Source of the DNA: the human T2T-CHM13v2.0 reference genome, Homo sapiens
Assembly (NCBI RefSeq): GCF_009914755.1
Contig: NC_060933.1
Reading direction: 5' to 3' (one strand)
Length of the DNA stretch: 64,000 nt
Every line of letters starts with the position of its first letter. Position 1 is the stretch's first letter. Position numbers and translations under genes: made by a program. This document shows positions 42,901-58,500 of this stretch, piece after piece. The notes under the pieces were generated by a model. The model had not been told where the DNA came from, searched no databases, and worked only from the letters and a program-made list of their open reading frames with translations.

Positions 42901-45900
42901 CACTCGCGTTGATTCCATTCCATTCCATTCCATTCCATTAAATTCCATTCCATTACAATTCGTTCCATTCCATTCTATTCCGTACCATTCCATTCCATTC
43001 CATACCATTCCATTCCATTCCATTCCATTCCATTCCATTCCGTTCCATTCCGTTCCATTCCATTCCATTCCATTCTATTCGGGTTAATTCCATTCCATTC
43101 CATTCCATTCCATTCCGGAAGATTCCATTCCATTGCATTCCATTCCATTCCATTCCCCTGCACTCGCGTTGATTCCATTCCATTCCATTCCATTCCATTC
43201 CATTCCATTCCGTTCCGTTCCATTCCATTCCATTCCATTCCATTCCATTCCATTCCGTTCCGTTCCGTTCCATTCCATTCCATTCCATTCTATTCGGGTT
43301 AATTCCACTCCATTCCATTCGATTGCAATCGTGTTGATTCCAATCCATTCCATTGCATTCCATTCCATTCCATTCCTTTCCATTCCATTACGGATGATTT
43401 CATTCTATTGCATTCCATTCCATTCCATTCCCCTGTACTCCGGTTGATTCCATTCCATTGCATTCCAATCCATGCCCTTCCACTCGTGTTGATTCCATTC
43501 TTTCCATTCCATTCAAGTTGAATCCATTCCATTGCATTCCATTCCATTCGATTCCATTCGATTGCACTCGGGTTGATTCCATTCCATTGCATTCCATTCC
43601 ATTCCATTCCATTCCATTCCATTCCATTCCGTTCAATTCCATTCCATTACATTCGGATTGATTCTATTCAATTCCCTTACAATCCATTACATTCCATTCC
43701 ATTCGGGTAGTTTCCATTCCATTCCATTCCATTCCTCTCCATTCCATTGCACTCGGGTTGATTCCATTCCATTCCATTCCATTCCATTCCATTCCATTCC
43801 ATTCCATTCCGTTCCGTTCCGTTCCATTCCATTCCATTCCTTTCTATTCGGGTTAATTCCATTCCATTCCATTCCATTCCATTCCATTCCATTCAATTCC
43901 ATTCCATTCCGGAAGATTCCATTCCATTGCATTCCATTCCATTCCATTCCCCTGCACTCGCGTTGATTCCATTCCATTCCATTCCATTCCATTCCATTCC
44001 ATTCCATTCCATTCCTTTCCGTTCCATTCCATTCCATTCCATTCCATTCCATTCCGTTCCTTTCCGTTCCGTTCCATTCCATTCCATTCCATTCTATTCG
44101 GTTAATTCCATTCCATTCCATTCGATTGCAATCGAGTTGATTCCATTGCATTCCATTCCATTCCATTCCATTCCATTCCATTCCATTCCATTCCGGATGA
44201 TTCCATTCCATTGCATTCCGTTCCATTACATTTCCCTGCACTCGCGTTGATTCCATTCCATTCCATTCCATTCCATTCAATTCCATTCCATTACAATTCG
44301 TTCCATTCCATTCTATTCCGTACCATTCCATTCCATTCCATAGCATTCCATTCCATTCCTTTCCATTCCATTCCATTCCGTTCCATTCCGTTCCATTCCA
44401 TTCCATTCGGGTTAACTCCATTCCATTCCATTCCATTCCATTCTATTCCATTCCATTGCAATCGAGTTGAATCCATTGCATTTCATTCCATTCCATTCCA
44501 TTCCATTCCATTCCGCAAGATTCCATTCCATTGCATTCCATTCCTTTCCATTCCCCTGCACTCGCGTTGTTTCCATTCCATTCCATTCCATTCCATTCCA
44601 TTCCATTCCGTTCCATTCCGTTCCATTCCATTCCATTCCATTCCATTCCATTGCATTCCATTGCATTCCATTCCATTCCATTCCGTTCCGTTCCATTCCA
44701 TTCCATTACATTCCGATTGATTCTATTCAATTCCCTTACACTCCATTACGTTCCATTCCATTCGGGTAGTTTCCATTCCATTCCATTCCATTCCTCTCCA
44801 TTCCATTGCACTCGGGTTGATTCCATTCCATTGCAATCCATTCCATTCCATTCAATTCCTGTCCGTTCCATTCCATTCCATTACATTCGGATTGATTCTA
44901 TTCAACTCCCTTAATCTCCATTCCATTCCATTCCATTCGGGTTGTTCCATTCCATTCCATTCCATTCCACTCCATTCCATTGCACTCGGGTTGATTCCGT
45001 TTCATTCCATTCCATTCCATTCCATTCCATTCCATTCCATTCCATTCCGGAAGATTCCATCCCATTGCATTCCATTCCATTCCATTCCCCTGCACTCGCG
45101 TTGATTCCATTCCATTCCATTCTATTCCATTCCATTCCCTTCCTTTCCGTTCCATTCCATTCCATCCCATTACATTCCATTCCGTTCCGTTCCATTCCAT
45201 TCCATTCCATTCTATTCGGGTTAATTCCATTCCATTCCATTCGATTGCAATCGAGTTGATTCCATTCCATTCCATTCCATTCCATTCCATTCCATTCCAT
45301 TCCATTGCGTTCCATTCCATTACATTCGGATTGATTTTATTTAACTCCCTTACTCTCCATTACATTCCATTCCATTCGGGTTGTTCCATTCCATTCCATT
45401 CCATTCCACTCCATTCCATTGCGCTCAGGTTGATTCCGTTCCATTCCATTCCATTCCATTCCATTCCATTCCATTCCGGATGATTCCATTCCATTGCATT
45501 CCGTTCCATTACATTCCCCTGCACTCGGGTTGATTCCATTCCATTCCATTCCATTCCATTCCATTCCATTCCATTCCATTCCAATTCTTTCCATTCCATT
45601 CTATTCCGTACCGTTCCATTCCATTCCATACAATTCCATTCCATTCCATTCCACTCCGTTCCGTTCCGTTCCGTTCTGTTCCGTTACATTCCATTCCATT
45701 CCATTCTATTCGGTTTAATTCCATTCCATTCCATTCCATTCCATTCCATTCCATTCCATTACATTCCATTGCAATCTAGTTGAATCCATTGCATTCCATT
45801 CCATTCCATTCCATTCCATTCCGGAAGATTCCATTCCATTGCATTCCATTCCATTCCATTCCATTCCATTCCATTCCATTCCATTCCATTCCATTCCATT

Positions 45901-46149
45901 CCATTCCATTCCATTGTACTCGGGTTGATTCCATTCCATTGCATTCCATTCCATTCCATTCCATTCCATTCAATTCCATTCCATTCCGTTCCCTTCCATT
46001 CCATTACATTCGGATTGATTCTTTTCACCTCCCTTACTCTCCATTACATTCCATTCCATTCGGGTTGTTCCATTCCATTCCATTCCATTCCACTCCATTC
46101 CATTGCACTCGGGTTGATTCCATTCCATTCCATTCCATTCCATTCCATT

Positions 46150-49100
46150 CCATTCCATTCCATTCCTTTCCGTTCCATTCCATTCCATTCCATTCCATTC
46201 CAATCCTTTCCATTCCGTTCCGTTCCGTTCCATTCCATTCCATTCCATTCTATTCGGGTTAATTCCATTGCATTCAATTCGATTGCAATCGAGTTGATTC
46301 CATTCCATTCTATTCCATTCCATTCCATTCCATTCCATTCCTTTCCATTCCATTACGGATGATTCCATTCCATTGCATTCCATTCCATTCCATTCCCCTG
46401 TACTCGGGTTGATTCCATTCCATTCCATTCCAATCCATGCCATTCCACTCGTGTTGATTCCATTCTTTCCATTCCATTCAACTTGAATCCATTGCATTGC
46501 ATTCCATTCCATTCCATTCCCCTGCAGTCGGGTTGATTCCATTCCATTCCATTCCATTCCATTCCATTCCACTCCATTCCATTGCACTCGGGTTGATTCC
46601 ATTCCATTCCATTCCATTCCATTGCTTTCCATTCCATTCCATTCCATTCTATTCGGGTTAATTCCATTCCATTCCATTCCATTCCATTCCAATCGAGTTG
46701 ATTCCATTCCATTCCATTCCATTCCATTGCAATGGAGTTGATTCCATTCCATTCCATTACATTCCGGATGATTCCATTCCATTGCATTCCATTCCATTCC
46801 ATTCCCCTGCACTCGTGTTGATTCCATTACCTTCCATTGCATTCCATTCCGTTCCATTCCATTGCATTCCATTCTATTCCGGTTAATTCCATTCCATTCC
46901 ATTCCATTCCATTGCAATCGAGTTGATTCCATTCCATTCCTTTCCATTCCTTTCCATTGCCTTGCATTCCAATCGGGTTGATTCCATTCCCTTCTTTCCA
47001 CTCCATTACATTCCCTTCCATTCCACTCGGAATGATTGATTCCATTCCATTCCATTCCATTTCATTCCGTTGCAATCCATTCCAATCTATTCCATTCCAT
47101 TCCATTCCACTCGAGTTGATTTCATTCCATTCCTTTCCATTCCATTCCATTCCTTTCCACTCGAGTTGATTCCATTCCATTCCATTCCATTGCATTCCAT
47201 TCCATGCCATTCCACTCGGGTTGATTCCATTCCTTTGCATTCCATTCCATTCCTTTCCACTCGAGTTGATTCCATTCCATTCCATTCCATTCCATTCCAT
47301 TCCATTCCATTCCGTTGCATTCCATTCCATTACATTCGGATTGATTCTATTCAACTCCCTTACTCTCCATTACATTCCATTCCATTCGGGTTGTTCCATT
47401 CCATTCCATTCCATTCCACCCCATTCCATTGCACTCGGGTTGATTCCATTCCATTCCATTCCATTCCATACCGGATGATTCCATTCCATTGCATTCCGTT
47501 CCATTACATTCCCCAGCACTCGCGTTGATTCCATTCCATTCCATTCCATTCCATTCAATTCCATTCCATTACAATTCGTTCCATTCCATTCTATTCCGTA
47601 CCATTCCATTCCATTCCATACCATTCCATTCCATTCCATTCCATTCCATTCCTTTCCATTCCGTTCCATTCTGTTCCATTCCATTCCATTCCATTCTATT
47701 CAGGTTAATTCCATTCCATTCCATTCCATTCCATTCTATTCCATTCCATTGCAATCGATTTGAATCCATTGCATTTCATTCCATTCCATTCCATTCCATT
47801 CCATTCCATTCCGGAAGATTCCATTCCATTGCATTCCATTCCATTCCATTCCCCTGCACTCGCGTTGATTCCATTCCATTCCATTCCATTCCATTCCACT
47901 CCATTCCATTCCGTTCCGTTCCGTTCCATTCCATTCCATTCCATTCCGTTCCGTTCCGTTCCATTCCATTCCATTCCATTCTATTCGGGTTAATTCCATT
48001 CCATTCCATTCGATTGCAATCGTGTTGATTCCATTCCATTCCATTCCATTCTATTCCTTTCCATTCCATTACGGATGATTCCATTCCATTACATTCCATT
48101 CCATTCCATTCCCCTGTACTCGGGTTGATTCCATTCCATTGCATTCCAAACCATGCCCTTCCCCTCGTGTTTATTCCATTCTTTCCATTCCATTCAAGTT
48201 GAATCCATTCCATTGCATTCCATTCCATTCGATTCCATTCGATTGCACTCGGGTTGATTGCATTCCATTGCATTCCATTCCATTCCATTCCACTCCATTC
48301 CATTCCATTCCATTCCGTTCCATTCCATTCCATTACATTCGGATTGATTCTATTCAATTCCCTTACACTCCATTACATTCCATTCCATTCGGGTAGTTTC
48401 CATTCCATTCCATTCCATTCCTCTCCATTCCATTGCACTCGGGTTGATTCTATTCCATTGCATCCCATTCCATTCCATTCAATACCATTCCGTTCCATTC
48501 CATTCCATTACATTCGAATTGATTCTATTCAACTCCCTTAGTCTCCATTACATTCCATTCCATTCGGGTTGTTCCATTCCATTCCATTCCATTCCACTCC
48601 ATTCCATTGCACTCGGGTTTATTCCATTCCATTCCATTCCATTCCATTCAATTCCATTCCATTCCGGAAGATTCCATTCCATTGCATTCCATTCCATTCC
48701 ATTCCCCTGCACTCGCGTTGATTCCATTCCATTCCATTCCATTCCATTCCATTCCATTCCTTTCCGTTCCATTCCATTCCATTCCATTCCATTCCATTCC
48801 ATTCCGTTCCGTTCCGTTCCATTCCATTCCATTCCATTCTATTCGGGTTAATTCCATTCCATTCCACTCGATTGCAATCGAGTTGATTCCATTCCATTCC
48901 ATTCCATTCCATTCCATTCCATTCCATTCCATTCCTTTCCTTTCCATTCCATTACGGATGATTCCATTCCATTGCATTCCATTCCATTCCATTCCCCTGT
49001 ACTCGGGTTGATTCCATTCCATTCCATTCCAATCCATGCCATTCCACTCATGTTGATTCCATTCTTTCCATTCCATTCAAGTTGAATCCATTCCATTGCA

Positions 49101-52100
49101 TTCCATTCCATTCCATTCCCCTGCAGTCGGGTTGATTCCATTCCATTCCATACCATTCCATTCCATTCCATTCCATTCCATTCCATTCCAATCAAGTTGA
49201 TTCCTTTCCATTCCATTCCATTCCATTCCATTCCACTCCATTCCAGTCCTTTCCATTCCATTCCACTCGGGTTGATTCCAAGGTATTCATTTCCATTCCA
49301 TTCCATTCCATTGCAATCGAGTTGATTCCATTGCTTTGCATTCCATTCCATTCCATTCCATTCCGGATGATTCCATTCCATTGCATTCCATTCCATTCCA
49401 TTCCCCTGCACTCGGGTTGATTCCATTCCATTCCACTCCATTCCATTCCATTCCATTCCCCTGCACTCGCGTTGATTCCATTCCATTCCATTCCATTCCA
49501 TTCCATTCCATCCCATTACAATCGAGTTGATTCCATTCCATTCCATTCCATTCCAGTCATTTCCATTCCATTCCACTCGGGTTGATTCCATTCTATTAGT
49601 TTCCATTCCATTCCATTCCCTTCCATTCCACTCTGGTTGATTCCATTCCTTTCCATTCCACTCGAATACATTCCCTCCTATTCCACTCGGAACGATTCCA
49701 TTCCATTCCATTCCATTCCATTCCATTCCTTTCCATTCCATTCCATTCCATTTCGTTCCATTCCATTCTATTCCGTATCATTCCATTCCATTCCATTCCA
49801 TTCCATTCCATTCCATTCCATTGTACTCGGGTTGATTCAATTCCATTGCATTCCATTCCATTCCATTCCATTCCATTCCATTCCATTCCATTCCATTCCA
49901 TTTCGTTCCATTCCATTCTATTCCGAATCATTCCATTCCATTCCATTCCATTCCATTCCATTCCATTCCATTCCATTCCATTGTACTCGGGTTGATTCCA
50001 TTCCATTGCATTCCATTCCGTTCCATCCCATTCCATTCCATTCCATTCCGTTGCATTCCATTCCATGACTTTCGGATTGATTCTATTCAACTCCCTTACT
50101 CTCCATTACATTCGATTCCATTCGGGTTGTTCCATTCCATTCCATTCCATTCCATTCCACTCCATTCCATTGCACTCGGGTTGATTCCATTCCATTCCAT
50201 TCCATTCCATTCCATTCCATTCAATTCCGGATGATTCCATTCCATTGCATTCCATTCCATTACTTTCCCCTGCACTCGCGTTGATTCCATTCCATTCCAT
50301 TCCATTCAATTCCATTCCATAACAATTCTTTCCATTCCATTCTATTCCGTACCATTCCATTCCTTTCCATACCATTCCATTCTATTCGGATTAATTCCAT
50401 TCCATGCCATTCCACTCCATTCTATTCCATTCCATTGCAATCGAGTTGAATCCATTGCATTTCATTCCATTCCATTCCATTCCATTCCGGAAGTTTCCAT
50501 TCCATTGCATTCCATTCCATTCCATTCCCCTGCACTCGCGTTGATTCCATTCCATTCCATTCCATTCCATTCCGTTCCGTTCCATTCCATTCCATTCCAT
50601 TCCGTTCCGTTCCTTTCCATTCCATTCCATTCTATTCGGGTTAATTCCATTCCATTCCATTCGATTGCAATCGAGTTGATTCCATTCCATTCCATTCCAT
50701 TCCATTCCATTCCATTCCTTTCCATTCCATTACGGATGATTCCATTCCATTGCATTCCATTCCATTCCATTCCCCTGTACTCGGGTTGATTCCATTCCAT
50801 TCCATTCCAATCCATGCCATTCCACTCGTGTTGATTGCATTCTTTCCATTCCATTCAAGTTGAATGCATTCCATTGCATTCCATTCCATTCGATTCCATT
50901 CGATTGCCCTCGGGTTGATTCCATTCCATTGCATTCCATTCCATTCCATTCCATTCCATTCCATTCCATTCCATTACATTACATTCCATTACATTCGGAT
51001 TGATTCTATTCAATTGCCTTACACTCCATTACATTCCATTCCATTCGGGTAGTTTCCATTCCATTCCATTCCATTCCTCTCCATTCCATTGCACTCGGGT
51101 TGATTCCATTCCATTGCATTCCATTCCATTCCATTCAATTCCATTCCGTTCCATTCCATTCCATTACATTCGGATTGATTCTATTCAACTCCCTTACTCT
51201 CCATTACATTCCATTCCATTCGTGTTGTTCCATTCCATTCCATTCCATTCCACTCCCTTCCATTGCAATCGGGTTTGTTCCATTCCATTCCATTCCATTC
51301 CATTCCATTCCGGAAGATTCCATTCAATTGCATTCCATTCCATTCCATTCCGCTGCACTCGCGTTGATTCCATTCCATTCCATTCCATTCCATTCCATTC
51401 CATTCCTTTCCGTTCCATTCCATTCCATTCCAATCCATTCCATTCCATTCCGTTCCGTTCCATTCCATTCCATTCCATTCTATTCGGGTTAATTCCATTC
51501 CATTCCGTTCGATTGCAATCGAGTTGATTCCATTCCATTCCATTCCATTCCATTCCATTCCATTCCATTCCTTTCCATTCCATTACGGATTATTCCACTC
51601 CATTGCATTCCATACCATTCCATTCCCCTATACTCGGGTTGATTCCATTCCATTCCATTCCAATCCATACCATTCCACTCGTGTTGATTCCATTCTTTCC
51701 ATTCCATTCAAGTTGAATCCATTCCATTGCATTCCATTCCATTCCATTCCCCTGCAGTCGGGTTGATTCCATTCCATTCCATTCCATTCCATTCCATTCC
51801 TTTCCATTCCATTCCGTTCCATTCTATTCGGGTTAATTCCATTCCATTCCATTCCATTCCATTCCAATCGAGTTGATTCCATTCCATTCCATTCCATTCC
51901 ATTCCATTGCAATGGAGTTGATTCCATTCCATTCCGTTACATTCCGGATGATTCCATTCCATTGCATTCCATTCCATTCCATTCCCCTGCACTCGTGTTG
52001 ATTCCATTACCTTCCATTCCATTCCATTCCGTTCCATTCCATTGCATTCCATTCTATTCCGGTTAATTCCATTCCATTCCATTCCATTCCATTGCAATCG

Positions 52101-55100
52101 AGTTGATTCCATTCCATTCCTTTCCATTCCTTTCCATTGCCTTGCATTCCAATCGGGTTGATTCCATTCCCTTCTTTCCACTCCATTACATTCCATTCCA
52201 TTCCACTCGGAATGATTGATTCCATTCCATTCCATTCCATTTCATTACGTTGCAACCCATTCCAATCTATTCCATTCCATTCCATTCCACTCGAGTTGAT
52301 TTCATTCCATTCCTTTCCATTCCATTCCATTCCTTTCCACTCGAGTTGATTCCATTCCATTCCATTCCATTGCATTCCATTCCATGCCATTCCAATCGGG
52401 TTGATTCCATTCCTTTGCATTCCATTCCATTCCATTCCATTCCATTCCATTCCATTCCATTCCGTTGCATTCCATTCTATTACGTTCGGATTGATTGTAT
52501 TCAAATCCCTTACTCTCCATTACATTCCATTCCATTCGGGTTGTTCCATTCCATTCCATTCCATTCCACCCCATTCCATTGCACTCGGGTTGATTCCATT
52601 CCATTCCATTCCATTCCATTCCGGATGATTCCATTCCATTGCATTCCGTTCCATTACATTCCCCAGCACTCGCGTTGATTCCATTCCATTCCATTCCATT
52701 CCATTCAATTCCATTCCATTACAATTCGTTCCATTCCATTCTATTCCTTACCATTCCATTCCATTCCATACCATTCCATTCCATTCCATTCCATTCCATT
52801 CCATTCCGTTCCATTCCGTTCCATTCCATTCCATTCCATTCTATTCGGGTTAATTCCGTTCCATTCCATTCCATTCCATTCTATTCCATTCCATTGCAAT
52901 CGATTTGAATCCATTGCATTTCATTCCATTCCATTCCATTCCATTCCATTCCATTCCGGAAGATTCCATTCCATTGCATTCCATTCCATTCCATTCCCCT
53001 GCACTCTCGTTGATTCCATTCCATTCCATTCCATTCCATTCCATTCCATTCCATTCCGTTCCGTTCCGTTCCATTCCATTCCATTCCATTCCGTTCCGTT
53101 CCGTTCCATTCCATTCCATTCCATTCTATTCGGGTTAATTCCATTCCATTCCATTCGATTGCAATCGTGTTGATTCCATTCCATTCCATTGCATTCCATT
53201 CCTTTCCATTCCATTACGGATAATTCCATTCCATTACTTTCCATTCCTTTCCATTCCCCTGTACTCGGGTTGATTCCATTCCATTGCATTCCAAACCATG
53301 CCCTTCCACTCGTGTTTATTCCATTCTTTCCATTCCATTCAAGTTGAATCCATTCCATTGCATTCCATTCCATTCGATTCCATTCGATTGCACTCGGGTT
53401 GATTGCATTCCATTGCATTCCATTCCATTCCATTCCATTCCATTCCATTCCATTCCATTCCGTTCCATTCCATTCCATTACATTCGGATTGATTCTATTC
53501 AATTCCCTTACACTCCATTACATTCCATTCCATTCGGGTAGTTTCCATTCCATTCCATTCCATTCCTCTCCATTCCATTGCACTCGGGTTGATTCCATTT
53601 CATTGCATTCCATTCCATTCCATTCAATTCCATTCCGTTCCATTCCATTCCATTACATTCGGATTGATTCTATTCAACTCCCTTAGTCTCCATTACATTC
53701 CATTCCATTCGGGTTGTTCCATTCCATTCCATTCCATTCCACTCCATTCCATTGCACTCGGGTTTATTCCATTCCATTCCATTCCATTCCATTCAATTCC
53801 ATTCCATTCCGGAAGATTCCATTCCATTGCATTCCATTCCATTCCATTCCCCTGCACTCGCGTTGATTCCATTCCATTCCATTCCATTCCATTCCATTCC
53901 ATTCCTTTCCGTTCCATTCCATTCCATTCCATTCCATTCCATTCCGTTCCGTTCCGTTCCATTCCATTCCATTCCATTCTATTCGGGTTAATTCCATTCC
54001 ATTCCACTCGATTGCAATCGAGTTGATTCCATTCCATTCCATTCCATTCCATTCCATTCCATTCCATTCCATTCCTTTCCTTTCCATTCCATTACGGATG
54101 ATTCCATTCCATTGCATTCCATTCCATTCCATTCCCCTGTACTCGGGTTGATTCCATTCAATTCCATTCCAATCCATGGCATTCCACTCATGTTGATTCC
54201 ATTCTTTCCATTCCATTCAAGTTGAATCCATTCCATTGCATTCCATTCCATTCCATTCCCCTGCAGTCGGGTTGATTCCATTCCATTCCATACCATTCAA
54301 TTCCATTCCATTCCATTCCATTCCAATCAAGTTGATTCCATTCCATTCCATTCCATTCCATTCCATTCCACTCCATTCCAGTCCTTTCCATTCCATTCCA
54401 CTCGGGTTGATTCCAAGGTATTCCTTTCCATTCCATTCCATTCCATTGCAATCGAGTTGATTCCATTGCTTTGCATTCCATTCCATTCCATTCCATTCCG
54501 GATGATTCCATTCCATTGCATTCCATTCCATTCCATTCCCCTGCACTCGGGTTGATTCCATTCCATTTCACTCCATTCCATTCCATTCCATTCCATTCCA
54601 TTGTATTCGGGTTAATTCCATTCCATTCCATTCCATTCCATTCCATTCCATTCCATTACAATCGAGTTGATTCCATTCCATTCCATTCCATTCCAGTCAT
54701 TTCCATTCCATTCCACTCGGGTTGATTCCATTCTATTAGTTTCCATTCCATTCCATTCCCTTCCATTCCACTCTGGTTGATTCCATTCCTTTCCATTCCA
54801 CTCGAATACATTCCCTACTATTCCACTCGGAACGATTCCATTCCATTCCATTCCATTCCATTCCATTCCATTCCTTTCCATTCCATTCCATTCCATTTCG
54901 TTCCATTCCATTCTATTCCGTATCATTCCATTCCATTCCATTCCATTCCATTCCATTCCATTCCATTGTACTCGGGTTGATTCAATTCCATTGCATTCCA
55001 TTCCATTCCATTCCATTCCATTCCATTCCATTCCATTCCATTCCATTCCATTCCATTCCATTTCGTTCCATTCCATTCTATTCCGAATCATTCCATTCCA

Positions 55101-58100
55101 TTCCATTCCATTCCATTCCATTCCATTCCATTCCATTCCATTCCATTGTACTCGGGTTGATTCCATTCCATTGCATTCCATTCCATTCCATTCCATTCCA
55201 TTCCATTCCATTCCGTTGCATTCCATTCCATGACATTCGGATTGATTCTATTCAACTCCCTTACTCTCCATTACATTCGATTCCATTCGGGTTGTTCCAT
55301 TCCATTCCATTCCATTCCACTCCATTCCATTGCACTCGGGTTGATTCCATTCCATTCCATTCCATTCCATTCCATTCCATTCCGGATGATTCCATTCCAT
55401 TGCATTCCATTCCATTACTTTCCCCTGCACTCGCGTTGACTCCATTCCATTCCATTCCATTCCATTCAATTCCATTCCATTACAATTCGTTCCATTCCAT
55501 TCTATTCCGTACCATTCCATTCCTTTCCATACCATTCCATTCTATTCGGATTAATTCCATTCCATGCCATTCCACTCCATTCTATTCCATTCCATTGCAA
55601 TCGAGTTGAATCCATTGCATTTCATTCCATTCCATTCCATTCCATTCCGGAAGTTTCCATTCCATTTCATTGCATTCCATTCCATTCCCCTGCACTCGCG
55701 TTGATTCCATTCCATTCCATTCCATTCCATTCCGTTCCGTTCCATTCCATTCCATTCCATTCCGTTCCGTTCCATTCCATTCCATTCCATTCCATTCTAT
55801 TCGGGTTAATTCCATTCCATTCCATTCGATTGCAATCGAGTTGATTCCATTCCATTCCATTCCATTCCATTCCATTCCATTCCATTCCATTCCTTTCCTT
55901 TCCATTCCATTACGGATGATTCCATTCCATTGCATTCCATTCCATTCCATTCCCCTGTACTCGGGTTGATTCCATTCAATTCCATTCCAATCCATGCCAT
56001 TGCACTCATGTTGATTCCATTCTTTCCATTCCATTCAAGTTGAATCCATTCCATTGCATTCCATTCCATTCCATTCCCCTGCAGTCGGGTTGATTCCATT
56101 CCATTCCATACCATTCCATTCCATTCCATTCCATTCCATTCCAATCAAGTTGATTCCATTCCATTCCATTCCATTCCATTCCATTCCACTCCATTCCAGT
56201 CCTTTCCATTCCATTCCACTCGGGTTGATTCCAAGGTATTCCTTTCCATTCCATTCCATTCCATTGCAATCGAGTTGATTCCATTGCTTTGCATTCCATT
56301 CCATTCCATTCCATTCCGGATGATTCCATTCCATTGCATTCCATTCCATTCCATTCCCCTGCACTCGGGTTGATTCCATTCCATTTCACTCCATTCCATT
56401 CCATTCCATTCCATTCCATTGTATTCGGGTTAATTCCATTCCATTCCATTCCATTCCATTCCATTCCATTCCATTACAATCGAGTTGATTCCATTCCATT
56501 CCATTCCATTCCAGTCATTTCCATTCCATTCCACTCGGGTTGATTCCATTCTATTAGTTTCCATTCCATTCCATTCCCTTCCATTCCACTCTGGTTGATT
56601 CCATTCCTTTCCATTCCACTCGAATACATTCCCTCCTATTCCACTCGGAACGATTCCATTCCATTCCATTCCATTCCATTCCATTCCATTCCATTCCTTT
56701 CCATTCCATTCCATTCCATTTCGTTCCATTCCATTCTATTCCGTATCATTCCATTCCATTCCATTCCATTCCATTCCATTCCATTCCATTGTACTCGGGT
56801 TGATTCAATTCCATTGCATTCCATTCCATTCCATTCCATTCCATTCCATTCCATTCCATTCCATTTCGTACCATTCCATTCTATTCCGAATCATTCCATT
56901 CCATTCCATTCCATTCCATTCCATTCCATTCCATTCCATTCCATTGTACTCGGGTTGATTCCATTCCATTGCATTCCATTCCATTCCATTCCATTCCATT
57001 CCATTCCGTTGCATTCCATTCCATGACATTCGGATTGATTCTATTCAACTCCCTTACTCTCCATTACATTCGATTCCATTCGGGTTGTTCCATTCCATTC
57101 CATTCCATTCCACTCCATTCCATTGCACTCGGGTTGATTCCATTCCATTCCATTCCATTCCATTCCATTCCATTCCGGATGATTCCATTCCATTGCATTC
57201 CATTCCATTACTTTCCCCTGCACTCGCGTTGACTCCATTCCATTCCATTCCATTCCATTCAATTTCATTCCATTACAATTCGTTCCATTCCATTCTATTC
57301 CGTACCATTCCATTCCTTTCCATGCCATTCCATTCTATTCGGATTAATTCCATTCCATGCCATTCCACTCCATTCTATTCCATTCCATTGCAATCGAGTT
57401 GAATCCATTGCATTTCATTCCATTCCATTCCATTCCATTCCGGAAGTTTCCATTCCATTTCATTGCATTCCATTCCATTCCCCTGCACTCGCGTTGATTC
57501 CATTCCATTCCATTCCATTCCATTCCGTTCCGTTCCATTCCATTCCATTCCATTCCGTTCCGTTCCATTCCATTCCATTCCATTCCATTCTATTCGGGTT
57601 AATTCCATTCCATTCCATTCGATTGCAATCGAGTTGATTCCATTCCATTCCATTCCATTCCATTCCATTCCTTTCCATTCCATTACGGATGATTCCATTC
57701 CATTGCATTCCATTCCATTCCATTCCCCTGTACTCGGGTTGATTCCATTCCATTCCATTCCAATCCATGCCATTCCACTCGTGTTGATTGCATTCTTTCC
57801 ATTCCATTCAAGTTGAATCCATTCCATTGCATTCCATTCCATTCGATTCCATTCGATTGCCCTCGGGTTGATTCCATTCCATTGCATTCCATTCCATTCC
57901 ATTCCATTCCATTCCATTCCATTACATTCCATTACATTCGGATTGATTCTATTCAATTGCCTTACACTCCATTACATTCCATTCCATTCAGGTAGTTTCC
58001 ATTCCATTCCATTCCATTCCTCTCCATTCCATTGCACTCGGGTTGATTCCATTCCATTCCATTCCATTCCATTCCATTCCATTCCATTCCGGAAGATTCC

Positions 58101-58500
58101 ATTCCATTGCATTCCATTCCATTCCATTCCCCTGCACTCGCGTTGATTCCATTCCATTCCATTCCATTCCATTCCATTCCATTCCATTCCATTCCTTTCC
58201 GTTCCATTCCATTCCATTCCAATCCATTCCATTCAATTCCGTTGCGTTCCATTCCATTCCATTCCATTCTATTCGGGTTAATTCCATTCCATTCCGTTCG
58301 ATTGCAATCGAGTTGATTCCATTCCATTCCATTCCATTCCATTCCATTCCATTCCATTCCTTTCCATTCCATTACGGATTATTCCACTCCATTGTATTCC
58401 ATACCATTCCATTCCCCTATACTCGGGTTGATTCCATTCCATTCCATTCCAATCCATGCCATTCCACTCGTGTTGATTCCATTCTTTCCATTCCATTCAA
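46150..58500 (-). repeat. About 5.2-kb tandem duplication (copy 1 ~46.15-51.4 kb; copy 2 ~51.4-58.2 kb, lengthened by an internal duplication)
   Basis: Private variants at offsets 5135-5180: CTTCTTTCCA 46991/52171, TTCCAAGGTA 49276/54411, CATGAC ~50064/55229, GGAAGTTTCC 50489/55649. Confidence 0.85.
54000..57630 (-). repeat. About 1.8-kb tandem duplication nested in the second 5.2-kb copy
   Basis: TTCCAAGGTA at 54411 and 56229 (offset 1818); TGACATT at 55231 and 57024 (1793); GGAAGTTTCC at 55649 and 57442 (1793). Confidence 0.88.
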
